The position numbers and the translations under genes are program-made. Of a stretch of DNA of 64,000 bases, positions 14,316 through 26,740 are shown one piece after another. The stretch's first letter is position 1. Every line of letters begins with the position of its first letter. Below the pieces are notes generated by a model. It was not told the origin of the DNA, did no database searches, and worked only from the letters and a program-made list of their open reading frames with translations. The stretch comes from Sphyrna mokarran (lineage: Eukaryota): assembly GCA_024679065.1 (NCBI GenBank), contig JAGIQG010000020.1:8680001-8744000 (forward strand). Reading direction: 5' to 3'.

Positions 14316-14412
14316 GAGAGCATTCCCTTTGCTGTCATCGGTAGCAACACTGTGGTGGAGGCACGGGGTCAGAGGGTCCGTGGGCGACTGTACCCCTGGG
14401 GGATTGTAGAAG
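14316..14412 (+). CDS. SEPTIN5: Septin-5 exon (RGRLYPWG motif)
   Basis: tag|GAG...GAA G|gtaag; [32 protein letters not shown]. Confidence 0.95.
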
Positions 14413-15717
14413 GTAAGACTGCCGTGGGAGGGGAACTGCAATCTACCTCAAAGCGACTGTTCAAAAAGGGACAAGATGTGTGAGACAACTTTTCATAAAC
14501 TTGAGAACTATGAGGAGAGCAATGTTTAAGCAAGACCTTTATTTCTCCTTGAACAGAATTATGTCCATATACAAAATTCCGTAAATTAGGATTGAATAGA
14601 AGTGTAAACGTCAGTGTGGTATGGCTGTGAATGTAAAGATAGATAAAAGAATATTTTCCAGTTAATCTGATATTGCACCAGATCGAGTCAGTTCCTTATG
14701 TAGTGTTAAGATAAAGAAATGAGAAGATACCAAGTTGAGTTTGTGGTGTGTGCTCAGTTAGCTGATCATAGCTGACTGGATCTACCATTGAGTTGGCATA
14801 ATTGCCCTTGGTGCAACTGTGCTTGGGAAGGCTTGCAATCTTTCTATTCTTTATTGCTATCCAGTGATCCTTGCTGTTGCTCTCGGCTGGGGAATTAGCT
14901 ACATGGATGGCCCTCCTGCGTCTTTAATGACTTTAGCTGTCAGAATGTGGTCAAGGCAGCTAGCTAGCGAACCCTATGATGCTTCTCAAACCGTTATACT
15001 CCATTTTGATTTGTATTGTACATTGCTAAATGAAATTGAATACAATCATGTGTATTGAAGGTGCCTTTGCTTCAGGCCCACATCAACACAGATGAATTGC
15101 ACTAAAGAAACCTGCACAGTTGAGTGAAAACTCACTCCAGCTCTGAATTCTTCCTGGAACTAAATGAGCTGTAGCATGATCATAGGATTAACCACCTTAT
15201 AATTTTAAAAAAAATCTGTTTGTGGGACATGGGCATCATTGGCTGGCCAGCATTTATTGCCCACCCCTAGCTGCCCGATGGGAGTTAAGAGTCACCCACA
15301 TTGCTGTGGCTCTGGAGTCATATGTAGGCTAAACCAGGAAAGGACGGCAGATTTCCTTCCCTAAAGGGCATTAGTGAACTAGATGTGTTTTTCTGATGAT
15401 GAATAATAGTTTCATAGTCATCAACAGATTCCTCATTTCACATTTTTTTTATTGAGTTCAAATTTCAACATCTGCTCTCGTGGGATTTGTACCTGGATCC
15501 CCAGAACATTAACTGAGTTTTTGGGTTAATAGTCTAGCAGTAATATCACTATGCAATCGCCTCCCTGAGCTGGTATAAAATTGCTACCGTGAATGGTACA
15601 TCCAGGTTGCGGTTTGCTAATCCTTCCATTACCTCTCATGTTCTCCATAGGAAGAGTGAATGTATGTACACACAACGAGCAATCAGTGAAGGTTTAATTT
15701 GTGTTTAATTTTGACAG

Positions 15718-15853
15718 TGGAGAATCAGGCACATTGTGACTTTGTAAAACTGAGGAACATGCTGATCCGAACACACATGCAGGACCTGAAGGATGTGACC
15801 TGGGACATTCACTATGAGAATTTCAGAGCCAGATGCATTCAGGAGATGACCAG
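15718..15853 (+). CDS. SEPTIN5: Septin-5 exon (septin unique element)
   Basis: cag|TG GAG...ACC AG|gtctgg; [45 protein letters not shown]. Confidence 0.95.
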
Positions 15854-16204
15854 GTCTGGTTTTTTTTTAATCTTTCTCGCACTCACCTTCTTGTAAGGAA
15901 TTCGATCTGAAGACTGAGTATTATCCTTTGAATGGGTGCAATTGCAGACAGTGTGGTAGCAAAGCATATTCAACCATCAGTACACAGGCCTGATTGAGAA
16001 GTGCACACATCCCAGCTCCCAGGCAACTGTTAACGTCACTCTGCTGTGTTGCAAATCTTGGAAACAATTCATTGTAGAAAGGTGCCAAAAAAGAGGGAAA
16101 GCAAACCTAAGGAATATTTGTTGGCAGACAACTTGTATGCCACTATTGACTGGTGGCTAATGAGCTGCAATTGGCTAAAAGCACTCAATCCACATTTCTA
16201 TTGC

Positions 16205-17801
16205 ATCTAGTGGAATTTTTTGAAGAGGTGACAAAAACGGTTGATGAAGGACAAGCTGTTGATGTCGTCTACATGGATTTCAGTAAGGCGTTTGACAAGG
16301 TTCCCCATGGTAGGCTAATAAAAAAGGTGAAGGCGCATGGGATACAGGGCCAGGTATGTAGATGGGTTGAGAACTGGCTTGGGAGGAGGAGACAGCGGGT
16401 ATTAGTGGAAGGCTCTTTTTCCAACTGGAGGTCAGTCACTAGTGGTCTGCCACAGGGCTCAGTACTAGGACCTCTTTTATTTGTGATTTATATAAATGAC
16501 TTGGAAGAGGGGGTAGGTGGTGTGATCAGCAAATTTGCTGATGACACTAAGATGCTTGGATTGGCGGGGACTGAGGAGCAGTGTCAGGCAATACAACAGG
16601 ACATAGATAGGCTGGTAGATTGGGCAGATAGATGGCAAATGGAATTTAATCCGGATAAATGCGAGGTGATGCATTTTGGCTGGAATACTGTAGAGGGGAG
16701 TTATAGGATAAAAGGTAAAACTATCCGGAGTATAGAGACGCAGAGAGACCTGGGGGTGCAGGTTCACAAGTCTCTGAAGGTGTCAGTACAGGTGGAAAAA
16801 GTGATAAAGAAAGCGTATAGTATGTTAGCCTTCATAGGAATGGGTATAGAATACAAGAGTAGGAGTTTGATGTTGCAAGTGTATAGAACGTTGGTTAGGC
16901 CTCACTTGGAGTACTGCGTCCAGTTCTGGTTGCCGTACTACCGGAAGGATGTGGAGTCCCTGGAGAGAGTGCAGAGATTTACCAGGATGCTGCCTGGTAT
17001 GGAAGGGCTGTCTTACGAGGAAAGGTTGAATGTACTGGGGTTGTTTTCCCTTGAAAGACATCGGCTGAGAGGGGATCTATTGGAGGTATATAAGATTATG
17101 AGGGGTATAGATAGAGTAAATGGTGGTAAGCTTTTTCCACCATTAGATTCAGATAGAACGAGGGGTCACGGCCTTAGGGTGAGGGGGGCTATGTATAAGA
17201 CTAATATTAGAGGGCATTGTTTCACACAAAGGGTAGTGGGGGTGTGGAATGCACTACCGAGTAAGGTGGTGGGAGCAGGCACGCTAGGGTTGTTTAAGGT
17301 CTCTTGGACAGCCACATGAGCGGTCTGCAGATAGAGGGATATAGGAGGACTGTTTAAATACTTTATTTGTTTCCACAGGTTATTCGGTCCACCTTGTTGA
17401 CCAACAAGGTGCATGCATTCGGCAGGTCGTGCGAGGGCTGCTCCTAGAGGTTACTTCAGGAGTGGCCTAGTGCTTCAAGTCGTTAGTGTATGCTTAAACT
17501 GGACCATCAGATGGGCAACATGACAGCTCAGAGACTATCGCTGTTCTGTGCAGACACATGGATTTGGGCCTGTGTCTGTGGGAGTTTGCGCGTTCTCCCC
17601 GTGGTTGTGTGGGTTTTCTCCGGGTGCTCCGGTTTCCTCCCACATCCCAAAAATGTGCTCTTAGGCTGATTGGGTAACAAATTGTCCCTATATTGGTCTC
17701 TATATGTCATTAAGACGTTAGGATGGCGGCGTGGGCTCGTTGGGCCGAAGGGCCTGTTTCCCGTGCTGTGTTGTTCTTTGTTCTTTGTCCTTCTTTGTTC
17801 T
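16205..17801 (+). mobile_element. 5'-truncated CR1 LINE with a V-SINE-containing 3' UTR (subfamily A)
   Basis: RT ORF with DFSKAFDKV, PQGSVLGP, FADD; long 3' UTR; (TGTTCTT)n tail. Confidence 0.93.
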
Positions 17802-19625
17802 CAGGTCCTGTGGCTTCTGTGCAGAAGTGGATGCAATTATGCAAGTCATGTCCAGCATTACAAATTGATTACTCATTAAATTTTAGGGCTGGTATCTTTG
17901 AGGGGAACAAATTCTCATGGTGGAATCGGGTTATTTTGTAATGATATATTTCAAAATAGCAAGGAGGCCATTCAGCCCATTATAAACTGTCAGTTCAGTA
18001 GTTAAGCTCTCCCAGCCTAGCAGCCATAGCATAGATATAATTTGCTAGAGAAATGATGAACATGGTGATTAACATTATTTCTCTAGGAGGTCCAGACATT
18101 TCCTGCAAAAGTGATGTCAGATCAGAGAACCATGGAAATTTCAGTCTTGTGGCTTTGCTATTTGTTATTCTGATTATATTGCAGACTTCATTTTTAAGCA
18201 CTTCTGAACTTATGCCATTTGACTTCATAGAATCCCCACAGTACAGTAAGAGGTCATTTGGCCTATTGAGTCAATACGATCCACAATCCCACTCAGGCTC
18301 TATTCCCGTAACCCACACATTCACCCTGCTAATCCCCCTAACACTAAGGTCAATTTAGCATGGCCAATCCACCTAACCTGCACATCTTTGGACTGTGGGA
18401 GGAAATTGGAGCACCCAGAGGAAACCCACACAAACACTGGGAGGAGATGCAAACTCCACACAAATAGTGACGGAATTGAACCCTGGTCCCTGGCAGTGTA
18501 AGACAGCAGTGCTAAGCACTGTGCCACCATGCCACCTAGTTATATTCACCAAGTTATATTTGTAATGTTGGGTCTAATTAATCTGCCAAATTATAGAGTC
18601 ATATTCAGTGTTTACCAGGCCCAAAATGCTTAATAATTTATTCACCTCCTGGAGCTTCCTTTAACCATCTTCCATGCAACTCAGAACATTTGGTAATTAA
18701 ATCTTTCCTCATGTTTCATGCACCTTAGACTGGCATCCTATTCTGGCTATTCCTAATGCTAAAAGTTCCATATCTCTCTGGCATTGTGGCAGCTGGAACT
18801 GTATACAATTCTTCAAGTGCAATCTGATCAGTATGTTGGAGAACCTGAACAGAACCTCAATAAATTAACTTTCCATTGCCTTGACTATGTGTCCATGCAT
18901 TCTGTCAGCTTTATCAATTGCCTCATTACACAATTGAGACATTGACAGTGACTAAGTTGTAGAAAGTCATAATTCTATTCTATTCATATTTTATATAGTT
19001 ATATCTATATATTGATCTATGTAATGTAAATTCATTTTGTATTTGCTTTCTTCTGTTAAATTAGATCAAAATCCAAGTCACGTTGTTGAGATTCCATCAA
19101 TGTGAAATCAATTGCAGAACTTTTTGGATGACTTGGCCAATTGCATTGAACTAAGCAAAAACCATTTAAAGCACGCAGCCCTCTGATAGTATTAACAATG
19201 TTAGACACTGACTCTCAATGGAAGTTCATACTACCTTTGTTGTGACAGCCACTTAAACCATTTCTCCATCAATCATTTGTCAACATGATTGGAAACCTCT
19301 TACAGGATGTTATTGATTGAAAGTTTGTTCTTTTCCATTGTTGATAGAAATTGACAATGTTGGAAATTCTCTGGGGGTTTCTTTTGTGCACCCATTATAA
19401 CTCTGGTGGGAAATTGGCAGAACCTTGGAGAACAATCACAGCTTAAGCAGTTTGCAGTATTTCTTTGGGAACTTGATTTGTTTCCATGCTTATAACTGGA
19501 ACCCAGAAATGTCAAAGCCTAAATATTTTTTATTCATTTTAAAATGTTGTTTTGAAATTGGGCCCTAGTTCATCTCAAAGTGATCAGACTAAAGCCAATG
19601 AATTTTTCTTTCTTGAACTTCGCAG

Positions 19626-19728
19626 TAAATTGACCCAGGACAACCGAGCAGAAAGTCCACTCCCCTTATTACCTGTGCCAACCCCAGATGCAGAGACAGA
19701 GAAACTCATCAAAATGAAGGATGAAGAG
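19626..19728 (+). CDS. SEPTIN5: Septin-5 penultimate coding exon
   Basis: cag|T AAA...GAG|gtggg; [35 protein letters not shown], which is SEPT5-like rather than SEPT4-like. Confidence 0.93.
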
Positions 19729-20854
19729 GTGGGTATTTGGGAAGCGCATGCCATGTTATGTGGTTGAATAGTCTGCAACCATGAGAAGTCTAGTGCTGGC
19801 CATCTGTGCGAATGGACTCATCAGTAAATATTCATTTCAGTGTTGTGACTTCAGACTTTAATCTAGTTGTTGATCATCCTTTTGCCTGATGTTTTAGTAT
19901 TGAATTGTTTCTGAAAGATGCCATCTTGTGACCATTTTCAAATCACGTGAGAAGGCACATTGCATCACTCAGTGATTAGCAATGCAATTAACACATTCCC
20001 AATTGACAGGCATTACCTATTATCTGTGATCATTTTTTGAGATTTTTCATTTTCGAGACTTGGCTAATGCTAACAATGCAAATTTATTATCGATCTCAAG
20101 TCTCCCTGGGCAGGCATGGGCTTTGTATGTGTGGTTTGGCTGAACACCAAATTATAGTCATAGAAACCCTACAATGCAGAAAAAGGCCATTCGGCCCATC
20201 GAGCCTGCACAACCGCAATCCTAGCAAAGCCCTACTATCTCTGTACTGCCAAATATTTACCCTGCTAATTTCCCTGACACTGAGGAGCAATTTAGCATGG
20301 TCAATCCACCTAACCAGTGGTTAGGTTGTGGAGGAAACTGAAACACTGGAGGAAACGTGCGTAGATATGGGAAAAAGATGGCAACTTCACATAATCACTC
20401 AAGGCTGGAATTGAACCTGGGTCCCTGGTGCCATGAGGCAGCAGTGTTAACCATTGTGCCACCGTGTTACAATCCCAGTTGATGATAAAACTGAATGGAA
20501 AGATTCTGGAATGGAATCAAAAGACTGAACTTGTACATTTTTTTATAAAACTTGGAGGAACGGAGTCCCAGTACCACTAATTCATTTTATCAACAAGAAC
20601 ATTTTTACTCCCCCCATAACTTTTCAAATACACACAGATTTTAAGATTAACACGCAGTATAAAGCCTTAAACTATAACTCCTTAATATAATATCCCTTTA
20701 CTACACATGATTTAAAATATGGATGCTTAGGTAAATCTTGGATGGATGGCTATTAATATGTAAGTATTGGTCTGCAACATTGTAGAGAATATGGCTATTC
20801 CTTGTCACTGATGTATACTGATAGCTGACAAGAGTTTGGGCTTTCTTTCTACAG

Positions 20855-20911
20855 CTGCGGAGAATGCAAGAAATGTTGCAACGGATGCAACAGCAAATGC
20901 AGGACCAGTGA
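20855..20911 (+). CDS. SEPTIN5: Septin-5 terminal coding exon (coiled coil)
   Basis: cag|CTG CGG...CAG TGA; LRRMQEMLQRMQQQMQDQ*, nearly identical to the mammalian SEPT5 C-terminus. Confidence 0.95.
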   Translation: MRRMQEMLQRMQQQMQDQ

Positions 20912-21228
20912 GTGACGGACTGACACTGAGTGAAGAACAAATACTCACCTCTTCAGCCAAATCCGATAGGAATGAAGAAGGCTGGACAAGACACAGGCCA
21001 CGCCTCTGGGGGAAATGCACTGTACAGAATGTGTTCCGTGTTTTCTGTTATACTCTAGAGACAGCTTAAGGGTGACCATGTGTCTGGCCTACTCTGTCTA
21101 GTGCCACCATATCATTTACATATCCTGCTTGTTTGTTTGGGTTTGTATTTAATATCTTGTCAGTACAATTGAAAGCCATTCAGCGACATATCTGCATTGG
21201 AATGCTTACGTGGAAAATACTCTTTACT

Positions 21229-21234
21229 AATAAA
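21229..21234 (+). terminator. Candidate SEPT5 polyadenylation signal AATAAA
   Basis: Canonical hexamer ~320 nt after the stop codon, followed by GT/T-rich sequence. Confidence 0.65.
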
Positions 21235-21411
21235 TGTTTTCAAATTGGTCTGACTTTAGATAGTGGGTTTTATTTAAAGGTGTCAGTCCGTTACTTGGTT
21301 TGTATTCCGTGACACAAGCCTGGATTTTTCTGAGTGGCGTTGCTCTGGAAAATTCCCCAAGAAATGATTAAAGTGACTGTTTAAGTTTTTCCTCTTGAGT
21401 TCAGCCCAATC

Positions 21412-22005
21412 TGTTGTTGCAATTATACAGAGCCTTGGTGAGGTTGCACCTCAAGTATTGTGTGCATTTTTGGTCTCCTTTTTTGAGGAAGGATGTTCTT
21501 GCTGTTGAGAGAGTGCAGCGGAGGTTTATCAGGCTGATTTCAGGAATGGCGGTACTGATGTGTGAGGAGCGATTGACTAGATTAGGATTGTTTTCACTGA
21601 AGATAAATGAGAAGGAAATCTCATAGAAACTTACAGAATTCTAACAGGACTAGACAGGGTAGATGCAGGGAGGATGTTCCCAATTTTGGGGAAGTCCAGA
21701 ACCAGAGTCACATCTGAGGATTCAGGGTAGAGCATTTAGCACGGAGGTGAGGAGATCTCTATCACCCAAAGAGTGGTGAGCCTGTGAAATTCATTACCAC
21801 AGGAAGTAATTGATACCAAAACATTGAATGTAGTCAAGAGGTGGATAGATATAACACTTGAGGTGAATGGGATCAAACGTAATGGGGAAAAGCAGGATTA
21901 GGCTATTGAGTTGGATGATCAGCCATGATTATAATGAATAGCAGAGCAGGTTCGAAGGGTCCAATGGCTTCCTCCTGCTCTTATCTTCCATGTTTCTATG
22001 TGTCT
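21412..22005 (+). mobile_element. CR1 LINE 3' fragment
   Basis: LQLYRALVRLHLKYCVHFWSP...RVQRRF; CR1-type tail. Confidence 0.85.
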
Positions 22006-22104
22006 AAGTAATCTCCTAACAAATTTACAGTAGGAGACTAGGACAAAGCACTTCCCTGGATCAGAATTAGACAAAGCTCAGGGGTGGTTCAAGTTCTGCC
22101 AAGT

Positions 22105-22427
22105 GTGGCAAGGTAGCACAGTGCTTAGCACTGCTGCTTCACAGCTCCAGGGACCTGGGTCCGACTCCAGGCTTGGGTTGCTGTCTGTGTGGAGTTTGCA
22201 CATTCTCCTCATGTCTGCATGGGTTTCCTCCGTTTGCTCCCACAGTCCAAAGATGTGTGGGTTAGGTTGATTGGCCATGCTAAAATTGCTCCTTCCTGTC
22301 CTGAGATGCATGGATTAGAGGATAAATATGTAAGGATATGGGGGTAGGGCCTGGGTAGGATTGTGGTCAGTGCAGATTCGATGAGCTGAATGGGCTCTTT
22401 CTGCACTGTAGGGTTTTATGATTCTAT
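22105..22427 (+). mobile_element. HE1-like V-SINE, representative copy (others at ~4380-4640, 18226-18535, 20160-20468, 23340-23685, 36720-37040, 43640-43908)
   Basis: tRNA-like head (gcacagtg.ttagcactgctgc..cacag, B-box remnant), V-core tgtggagtttgcacattctcc...ccacagtccaaagatgtg, CR1-type tail. Confidence 0.85.
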
Positions 22428-24084
22428 GGTCTGCTCCTATTATTGTGCTCTGACCGGATTGTTACTGAACCACAGTTTAGCATAAGATTGCAAATGCTTT
22501 CTTTGCTGTTCAGCTTAGGTTTTCACTGAAAACTCTGCCAGGTCATGTCTGTTGAGTGTTTCCTTGTGCTGCGCATGGCCTCTGACTCTAGTCCATTCAG
22601 ATGTTTATCAAGATAAATCAAACTTAGTGTTTTCCAGATACAAGGGCCCTGAAATTATGCAGGACTTCTCCAGGTTTCACTTTAGCAGAAATCACAGAGA
22701 AATGTCATAAATGGTTAGAAAGCTCTGTTTGAATCATTTCCAAGAGGTTTGGAGAATGACCTCACTGAAGCTACTGCAACAGAACAATTCATATGGTGAT
22801 TGTATTGGGCATGCTACACAGATTATATCCCAAGAACACTTTCCATTAGATGAAAGGGCTCTAGGATACATTGTGTTTCTGGGAGGGAACTTGCAATAAA
22901 TGCAAATTCTTTCTTTAATATGAGAAGAACTCACCATTTGGTATTTGAATTGCGTGTCAAGGCTAAAACCAGCTGGAAAGTGAGACAATTGACTTCAGAT
23001 AAGACCTTGACTCTAGATTCAAGCTCTGTGTTTGCTACTAACCAGGATGCAAAACTCTTTCTGTTGGAGCATGAATGCATTGTAAAGGAAAATGATTCTC
23101 CTCTGATAGAATATATTAGTTATTGCCCTTCCCTCTCTTGCTAATGATCTTTGAACATTGATATGTTGTGAATAAAGACAAGCTAACCATTCTTGGAGAC
23201 TCTCAAGCAAGAGTTGGTGCAGATTGCTACGCAGATAATGAAGGAGGGGTCAGTGGAAGGACTGGCGCTGGCAATTGTAACAGCAATAGTTTCCTCTTGT
23301 TGTAGGGTTGAAATGAGATGTTAATCACCAACATGGGGGATGCGGGTAGCACAGTGGTTAGCACTGCTGTTTCACAATTCCAGGGTCCTGGGTTCGATTC
23401 CTGGCTCGGGTCACTGTCTGTGTGCAGTTTGCACATTCTCCTCGTGTCTGTGTGGATTTCTTCTGTATACTCCGGTTTTGTCCCACGGTCCAAAGATGTG
23501 CAGGTTAGGTTGATTGACCCTACTAAGACTTAGTCCCTGGTCCCTTAGTGTCCAGGGACGCGTAGGTTAGAGGGATTAGTGGGTATAATATGTAGGAAAA
23601 CAGGGGTATGTCCTGGTTGGGATTGTGTTCGGTGCAGACTCAATGGCTGAAGGACCTGTTTCTGCATTGTTGGGTTTATGATTCTACGAACATAGTTCTC
23701 GATCTTCTTATTCACAACAAGATGCCTTGGATGTGCCCCCATTCCATATAGCAACATCTAGTTGATTGGGTCATCACCAAGTGGATGGGGAGACAAGGTG
23801 TGTTTGTAAAGAAAGCCGTATGTGACACTAACTGCTGGGCTGATCACAATTTCAAAGCTGAGCATCAGGATGTTACCACCCCCCCCCCCCCACCCCCCCC
23901 CACCCCCTCCCAGACATTGCCAGGGCATGGAGCCCCAGAGGTGTCTCAGTGTCTCAAGACATAAATAAAGGCAAAACTTCATAATGTTATTGACTGTGCA
24001 TCAAGTTACTCAGGCAAAAACCAAATTTGTCAGCCCATACTTCAGTTCATTTCATCACATTTATCTGATTCTGTATCTCCGTAT

Positions 24085-24770
24085 CATTGATGAGGAGTAC
24101 AGCAAAGAGATAGAGAATCTGGTGAACTGGTGCAACAACAATAATAATCTCTCTCTCAGTGTCAACAAAACAAAGAAGATAGTCATTGGTTTCAGGAGAC
24201 ATGCCGTTATCTACATCAATAGGGATGAAGTGGAAATGGTTGATTGCTTCAAATTTCTAGGTGTCCAGATCATCAATAATCTCTCCTGGTCCTTCAATGC
24301 TGATGCTATTGTTAAAAAAGTCCACCAGTGCCTCTATTTTTTCAGGAGGCCAAGGAAATTTGGTTTGTCTAACCTTTACAGATGCACCATAGAAAGCATA
24401 CTTTCTGGTTGTATCACAGCTTGGTATGGCTACTGCTCAGCTATGACTGCCAAAATCTACAAAGGGTCATGAACGAAACCCAGTCCATCATGCAACCCAG
24501 ACATACTCTCTTCCACCTTCTTCCATTGGGAAAAAGATATAGAAGTCTGAGGACATGTATTCAAGAACAGTTTCTTCCCTGTTGCACAGGCTTTTAAATG
24601 GACCAACCATATATTAAGTCGATCTTTCTCTATGCCCTAGATATGGCTGTAACACTTTATTCTCCACAATCTCCTTTCCTTCTCTATGTATAACATGTTT
24701 TGTATAGTGCCCAAGAAACAATACTTTTCACTGTACACTAATACATGTGACAATAGTAAATCAAATCAAA
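24085..24770 (+). mobile_element. Rex1/Babar-type LINE 3' fragment (related pieces at ~45620-46190 and ~63430-63655)
   Basis: EIENLVNWC..NNLSLSVNKTK, FKFLGV.I.NNLSWS, YRCTIESILSGCITAWYG; tgtgacaatagtaaatcaaatcaaa tail. Confidence 0.85.
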
Positions 24771-25789
24771 TCTGGAACTCAGTTGTTTTAACATGTTACT
24801 GATTTTACAATAAGTATTAACAGAAGCCATTTATAATGGTCACAATCATGATGGCATCATCTAGAAATCAGTTTACATTAAGTAGCCTTATATTTTAAAA
24901 ATTAATGCTGATAACAGAACCCCTGTTTCAGAGCTAAAGATTCAGGTGAAATACTGTTACAATTTCAACTTTACTATTAGATTTGTGGATACAGTCTAAG
25001 CTGAATCTCAAAAAAACATGGGCAACTAATAGAATCATGTACTGTGGAATTGCAGTATTAAAGGTACACTGTCTGTCTAGAGGTTGCTAGTGTTTCTGTC
25101 TGTCTGCTAGTGTTTACTCCAGGTGATCCGGTTTCCTCCGCCACAGTCCAAAGATGTGAAGGTTAGGTGGATTGGCCATAGAAAATTGCTCCTTAGTGTC
25201 CCAAGATGTGTAGGTTATGAAGATCGGGGAGGTATGTGGGGTTACGAGATGGGTTGCATTGCGTATTCTCTGCAAGGGTTTCCTCCTGGTCATTTGATTT
25301 CCTCCCACAGTCCAAAGATGTGCAGGTTAGTTGGACTGGCTGTGCTAAATTGCACTGTAGTGTAGACTAGGGAGATTATCAAGTTAGGTATGTGAGGTTA
25401 CGGGAGGGGGTGGGCCTTGGTAAGATGCTCTGTTGGACAGACAATGCAGATGCATTGGGCCAAATGGCCTCCTTCTGCATTGTAGGAATTCAATGATTCT
25501 GTATGACTATAGTGTGGGAAAATGGAGCAGCGGAAGGAAGTCAATTATATTGATGGGTTGATTGGCCTACTCCTTCCCCTGGTAAAGGTGCCATTCTCCA
25601 AACAGAATTAGCTTTTCATTAATATCTGCAATATATTGTAGAGAGTTGTAACTATTGAGGGATTAAGTTTAATGAGACATTTCTGCAAACTGATGATTTC
25701 TGAAATTTGTCAGCAATTCTGTACTTATTTCAAGAAATGAAATATATCATCTGTTCCCATCGGCTGTGTCTGGTCACTAAGAAAATATG

Positions 25790-26740
25790 GATACCTCAGT
25801 TTGAATTGATCCTCACTTTTTTACAATTCCTACAAATGACTTTGATGAAGGAAGTGAAAGTATGATTGCTAAATTTGCTGACGATACAAAGAGCGATAGG
25901 GAAAATAAGTTGTGAAAAGGACATAAAGATGCAATAAAAAGATACAGATAGGCCAAGGAAGTAGGTAAAAATCTGGCAAACGGAGTATAATGTGGGCAAA
26001 TATGAAATTGTCAACTTTGGCAGGAAGAATGAAAAAGCCTATTATTTAAAAAATGAGAGATTTCATATCTCTGAGATTCAGAGGTGTCTGGACACCCTAA
26101 TGCATGAGTTGTAAAAGGCCAGCAAGTCATCAAAGCAAATAGAATATTGTTTATTATGAGGGGAATTGAATATAAAAGCGGGGAGGTTATACTTCAGTTC
26201 TACATGAGAGTTGACCACATCAGGAGTATTGTGTACAATACTGGTGTCCTTACTTAAGGAAGATTACAAATGCATTAGCAGCAGTTCACAGAAGGTTTAC
26301 TAGACCAGGAATGGGCAGGTTATCTAATGAAGGCAGGTTAGGGTTACATTCACTACTTTCAAAGAGTAAGAGGTGATGATTAAGATTTCTAAAATCCTGA
26401 GGAATCTTGACAGAGTCAGTGCGGAGAGGAAGTTTCCTCTTGTGGGAGAATCTAGAATGAGTGATCACTGTTCGCAAATAAGAGGTGTCTCATCTAAGAC
26501 AGAGACAAAGTGTTCTTTTTTCAGTCGGTCTTTGACACTCTGTTCCTTAAAGGTAGTGGAAGCAGAGTTTTTGAATATCGTTAAAGCCAAGTTAGATAGA
26601 TTCTTGCTAAACAAGGGAATAAATTGTCATAAAGGCTTAGTGGGCAGTTTCAGTAAGATCAGCTATGATTTTATTGAATGGTAGAGCATGCTCAAGGGAG
26701 TGGGTGGTCTACTGCTGCCTTTAATTTATATTTGTGTATT
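25790..26740 (+). mobile_element. Old CR1 LINE fragment
   Basis: AAATTTGCTGACGATACAAAG (KFADDTK) and decayed C-terminal motifs. Confidence 0.8.

Noticed and set aside
22105-22180. tRNA-like A/B-box sequences
   Set aside because: SINE heads; no complete cloverleaf
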